From contig OY771506.1 of the NCBI GenBank assembly GCA_963674705.1, forward strand, positions 5,216,001 to 5,280,000: a DNA stretch of 64,000 nucleotides, given 5' to 3'. The notes beneath the pieces are model-generated. The model saw only the letters and a list, made by a program, of their open reading frames with translations. It was not told the DNA's origin and made no database searches. Source of the DNA: Phycisphaeraceae bacterium. Its GTDB lineage: Bacteria; Planctomycetota; Phycisphaerae; Phycisphaerales; Phycisphaeraceae. Made by a program: the position numbers and the translations under genes. Positions 60,913 through 64,000 of the stretch are shown piece by piece; the stretch's first letter is position 1; the number at the start of each line of letters is the position of its first letter.

Positions 60913-61935
60913 TCACGCCCAAGCGGTGCGATGATCGTCGTAGCCCGGGCGGTCCCACGGCGCGGTCTGGCCGACAAGCGCCATCTGAACCTGGTTGGTC
61001 ATGGTGGCCCGTGCCTGAGCATCCATCGGCTTGAATCCGCTAGCCATCTTCGCGTTTTCCTGCAGGTGTGCCAGCGTATCCAATCCAACGATCGCTGTAC
61101 AAACACCCTTCAGGGAAAGGGCGTACCGCACCAGGTCGCTGCCCCGCAAGTCACTTTCACGAGCGTGCCGGATTGTTTTCATGGCGATCACGCCCATCCT
61201 GCGTTCGCGCGCCAACGGCAACAATTCATCTTCGTAACGCCCCTCGTCGGGTCGATCGGCCGGGAAAGTAGTGAGGATCGCGTCCGGATCAAACGCCTTG
61301 ATCGCATCCATGAGGACCTGAGCGCCGCTGTGACCGGTGATACCGAAGTGGCCGACAACGCCCTGCTCTTTCAGTTCACGCACGGCTTTCACCGCGCCGC
61401 GTTCAACAGCAGCCAGGTCCGTGTCACGCTTCGGTTCAAAACTGTGCAGATGTAGCAGGTCAAGGTGATCGGTACGCAGGTTCTTCAAGGATGTCTCACA
61501 CTCGCGCATGAAGCCGTCATACGACCGATCGCCACTTTTTGAGACAAGGAAGATATCGTCGCGGTGCTTTTCGATGAACGGGCCGATGATTTCTTCGCTC
61601 TCGCCGTAACCACGTGCGGTGTCGAAGTAGTTGATGCCCATGTCCAGCGCGTTACCAAGCAACTGTTGCGCCGCGTCCCGATCATCTTTGTAAGGACGTG
61701 TAAATACGCTGCCCAGCCCCAGGCCGAGGATACTGACCTCTTTGCCGACTTTGCCAAGCACGCGCCGATCAACGGCGCCTACAGTTGTTGATTGGACCTC
61801 GGCTGAAGCTGCCGCTGTTTCACCCCGGGTGGTTGTGCCTAATCCAAATGCCGCAGCACCCGCGCCAAGTGCTGCCGAGCGTAAGACGTCACGACGGGTA
61901 GGTTGGGTCATCGCATACCTCCTTGATTTGCTCAT
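60913..61935 (-). CDS. Aldo/keto reductase with Tat-like signal
   Basis: TRRDVLRS; GINYFDTARGYGESE, SLKNLRTDHLDLLHLH, GITGH, IAMK. Confidence 0.9.
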   Translation of the reverse strand: MSKSRRYAMTQPTRRDVLRSAALGAGAAAFGLGTTTRGETAAASAEVQSTTVGAVDRRVLGKVGKEVSILGLGLGSVFTRPYKDDRDAAQQLLGNALDMGINYFDTARGYGESEEIIGPFIEKHRDDIFLVSKSGDRSYDGFMRECETSLKNLRTDHLDLLHLHSFEPKRDTDLAAVERGAVKAVRELKEQGVVGHFGITGHSGAQVLMDAIKAFDPDAILTTFPADRPDEGRYEDELLPLARERRMGVIAMKTIRHARESDLRGSDLVRYALSLKGVCTAIVGLDTLAHLQENAKMASGFKPMDAQARATMTNQVQMALVGQTAPWDRPGYDDHRTAWA

Positions 61936-62349
61936 AGATTTGCCCTGATCGAGCTATACCATATCAGGCGGAAACACATAGGACGATATTGATTGTCTGT
62001 TTTTTGCTTCATTGGGATGTAAGCAAAAGGGTCACATCTGACACCGTTCAGCTTTCTGGCCAGGAACAATTCACAACACAATAAGACGTAATTCTCTATA
62101 GCTAAGCAACTTATCCCACCCCCTGTTAATATGGGGGATTTCTGGTGCAATCGAAGACCCATCCTGTTATAGTTATCGGACTGAATCGCACCCATCGGTG
62201 CCACCCACGGCCACTCCCAGCCAGGCATTGAAGATTCGGCAACAAGAGGGCAAAACTCCCCGTAGTACCCCCCCACGGTTGACCACACCGAACAGAGGAA
62301 GACTAAAACGCAATAACACGAGTCCGGTGGATACCGGACCTGCCACAGG

Positions 62350-64000
62350 ATGCAGTTGATGCCAACGACTATACCGACTTCGGTGTCTATCAATCGCTTT
62401 GTTCAGTTGCTGCTGATGCTGTTGTTGATCGTGTCTCAGGCACAGATCTCGTCGGCAAGAGGCCCGTGGGATCCACCGGAGTCGGGGGCATGGATTGATC
62501 CGTGGATCATTAATGTCAGCGGGATTCAACAGGATCAGATTGTAACGGGCACAGTCTACATTCAAACACATGTCACCGGGCTCGATGATGCAGACTTCGA
62601 TATGCGGTACCAGGTCGATGGGCCTTCCGGTTTCATCTACACGGCATACGATGAGCCCTTCAAACTCGGTGGCGATAAAGGCTGGGACACCAGCAACGCG
62701 ATCCCGGGCCAATACGAACTGCATGCGTTCCTGATCCGCAACACCGTTGTATCGCGTTCCGCATCTTCGACTTCACAGTCGTTCACACCACAAAAATCAC
62801 AGCGATTCAAGGCATCGAGTCCGGCCAGGTGCTGACCGAACCGACTCGTGTCGAAGCGATCATCGAAGGGGTCACACCGACGCGCGTAACTTTCAGCGTA
62901 CAGGGCCGCTTGAATCTGAACCATACCGAACGGGATGAGCCATACTGCTTACTCGGAGATAACCAGTACTGGGTTGTTGAAAACTTCCCCAACGGTGCAT
63001 ACACATTGACCGTTAGAGCATACGTCGGCGACGACGTGGCAGACGTGCGAAGGGTGTCCTTTTATATTGGCGAAGCTGTCGAGGACATGCCCGGGGAATA
63101 CAACAACGACACATACAAGATGAACGGTGGCGATGGCTACCGATATCCGGACACCACCGACACATCGTCCAACAGCGATCAAAATCCTGACAGCGGGAAT
63201 ACCACGGGCACAGACGAGGATATTGATCACAACGATCTTGGCGATACCAATGAAACGGATGCGGGTGATGATTCAACGGATATGCCCGATGATTCCGGCC
63301 TGGCAGACGACGAAACCGCCGATGACGGCAATACCTCGGCCAACACAGACGACGCAACCGCCGATGCGGAAGCAGGCTCCACAACAGGAATGGACGACGC
63401 TGCCGACGCAGGCATGGATAATGAAGTCGCGGAAGGTTCTTCCGTAGACGATGCAACCGCACAACGTCCCGATGTTGGGCCGCTACCCGATGGATACGAT
63501 CGTGGATTCCTCGGGATGAATCTTGCGGAAGTCACATACTACTCGCGCGAGTGGGTATTTATTGATGTGATGAAGCAGGCACGTCCCTGGCTGCCGACCA
63601 CCCCCGGTAGTTCATCGCCTTGGAACTCAGGCGAAGAACTGAAACTCAACGAAAACGGCTACCCGCTGCTCGCGGCTGGCCAGGCTGCGCATACGCATAT
63701 GATGATTGCTACCGACGGCGCGTACCCGGCCGGTAAGTATGTCTGCACCTATGACGGGGATGGTGAAATCGAGTTTGCGTTTGATGCGAAGGTCACAAGG
63801 CGTGTTGACAACCGCATCGAACTGAGCGTCACACCCAGCGATAACGGCATCTACCTGCGCATCGACCGCTCCAACCCTTCCAATCCGGTGCGCAATATCA
63901 AGGTCTGGATGCCGGGCTTTGAAAATGCCGAATCCAGCTTCCACCCGCTGTACCTCGAAAGGCTAAAGCCGTTCAGCGTGATCCGTTTCATGGACTGGAT
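62350..64000 (+). pseudogene. Secreted protein (two Ig-like repeats, acidic linker, putative carbohydrate-active domain) split by a -1 frameshift near 62740-62757; 3'-truncated by the window
   Basis: Frame 1 encodes the signal peptide and first repeat; frame 3 from ~62742 is open to the end (second repeat, GMNLAEVTYYSREWVFIDVMKQARPW..FSVIRFMDW). Confidence 0.65.

Noticed and set aside
61932..62393. 153-aa minus-strand ORF or a c-di-GMP riboswitch in this intergenic region
   Set aside because: ORF has atypical composition and no motifs; GGGCAAAAC is present but the rest of the riboswitch consensus is not

Overview
This window looks like a GC-rich Planctomycetota chromosome segment, probably Phycisphaerae. 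That is inferred from dockerin-like/PEP-CTERM proteins, an ECF-sigma/Ser-Thr kinase pair and a prepilin-type protein. (1) 1-8.7 kb: five secreted proteins sharing a dockerin-like + PEP-CTERM tail. (2) 8.7-27.4 kb: housekeeping genes (aspC, purL, polA, rlmN, a PAS-GGDEF-EAL protein) with REP-like intergenic palindromes. (3) 27,559-48,307: a ~20.7 kb element integrated at the 3' end of tRNA-Arg(CCG), bounded by a 15-bp direct repeat and matching arm-type repeats. It carries int/xis, an iteron-containing initiator gene, a divergent promoter/operator switch, a TM-DUF4041-GIY-YIG (SNIPE-like) nuclease and an ECF/kinase cargo block. It also carries a tail-assembly-chaperone gene with a -1 frameshift signal (G GGA AAA), a tape-measure-like gene and a small-terminase-like gene, but no recognisable capsid, portal, large terminase or tail-tube gene. 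It looks like a phage satellite that supplies its own tape measure. The att core lies inside the integrase reading frame, so excision should swap the integrase C-terminus and join the int operon to the tail operon. (4) 48.3-64 kb: rhombosortase + VIT/vWA GlyGly-CTERM target with a sigma-54 activator, an RND efflux system, a FapA-like protein, an aldo/keto reductase and a frameshifted secreted protein running off the end. All family assignments come from motif recognition by eye; no database search was run.
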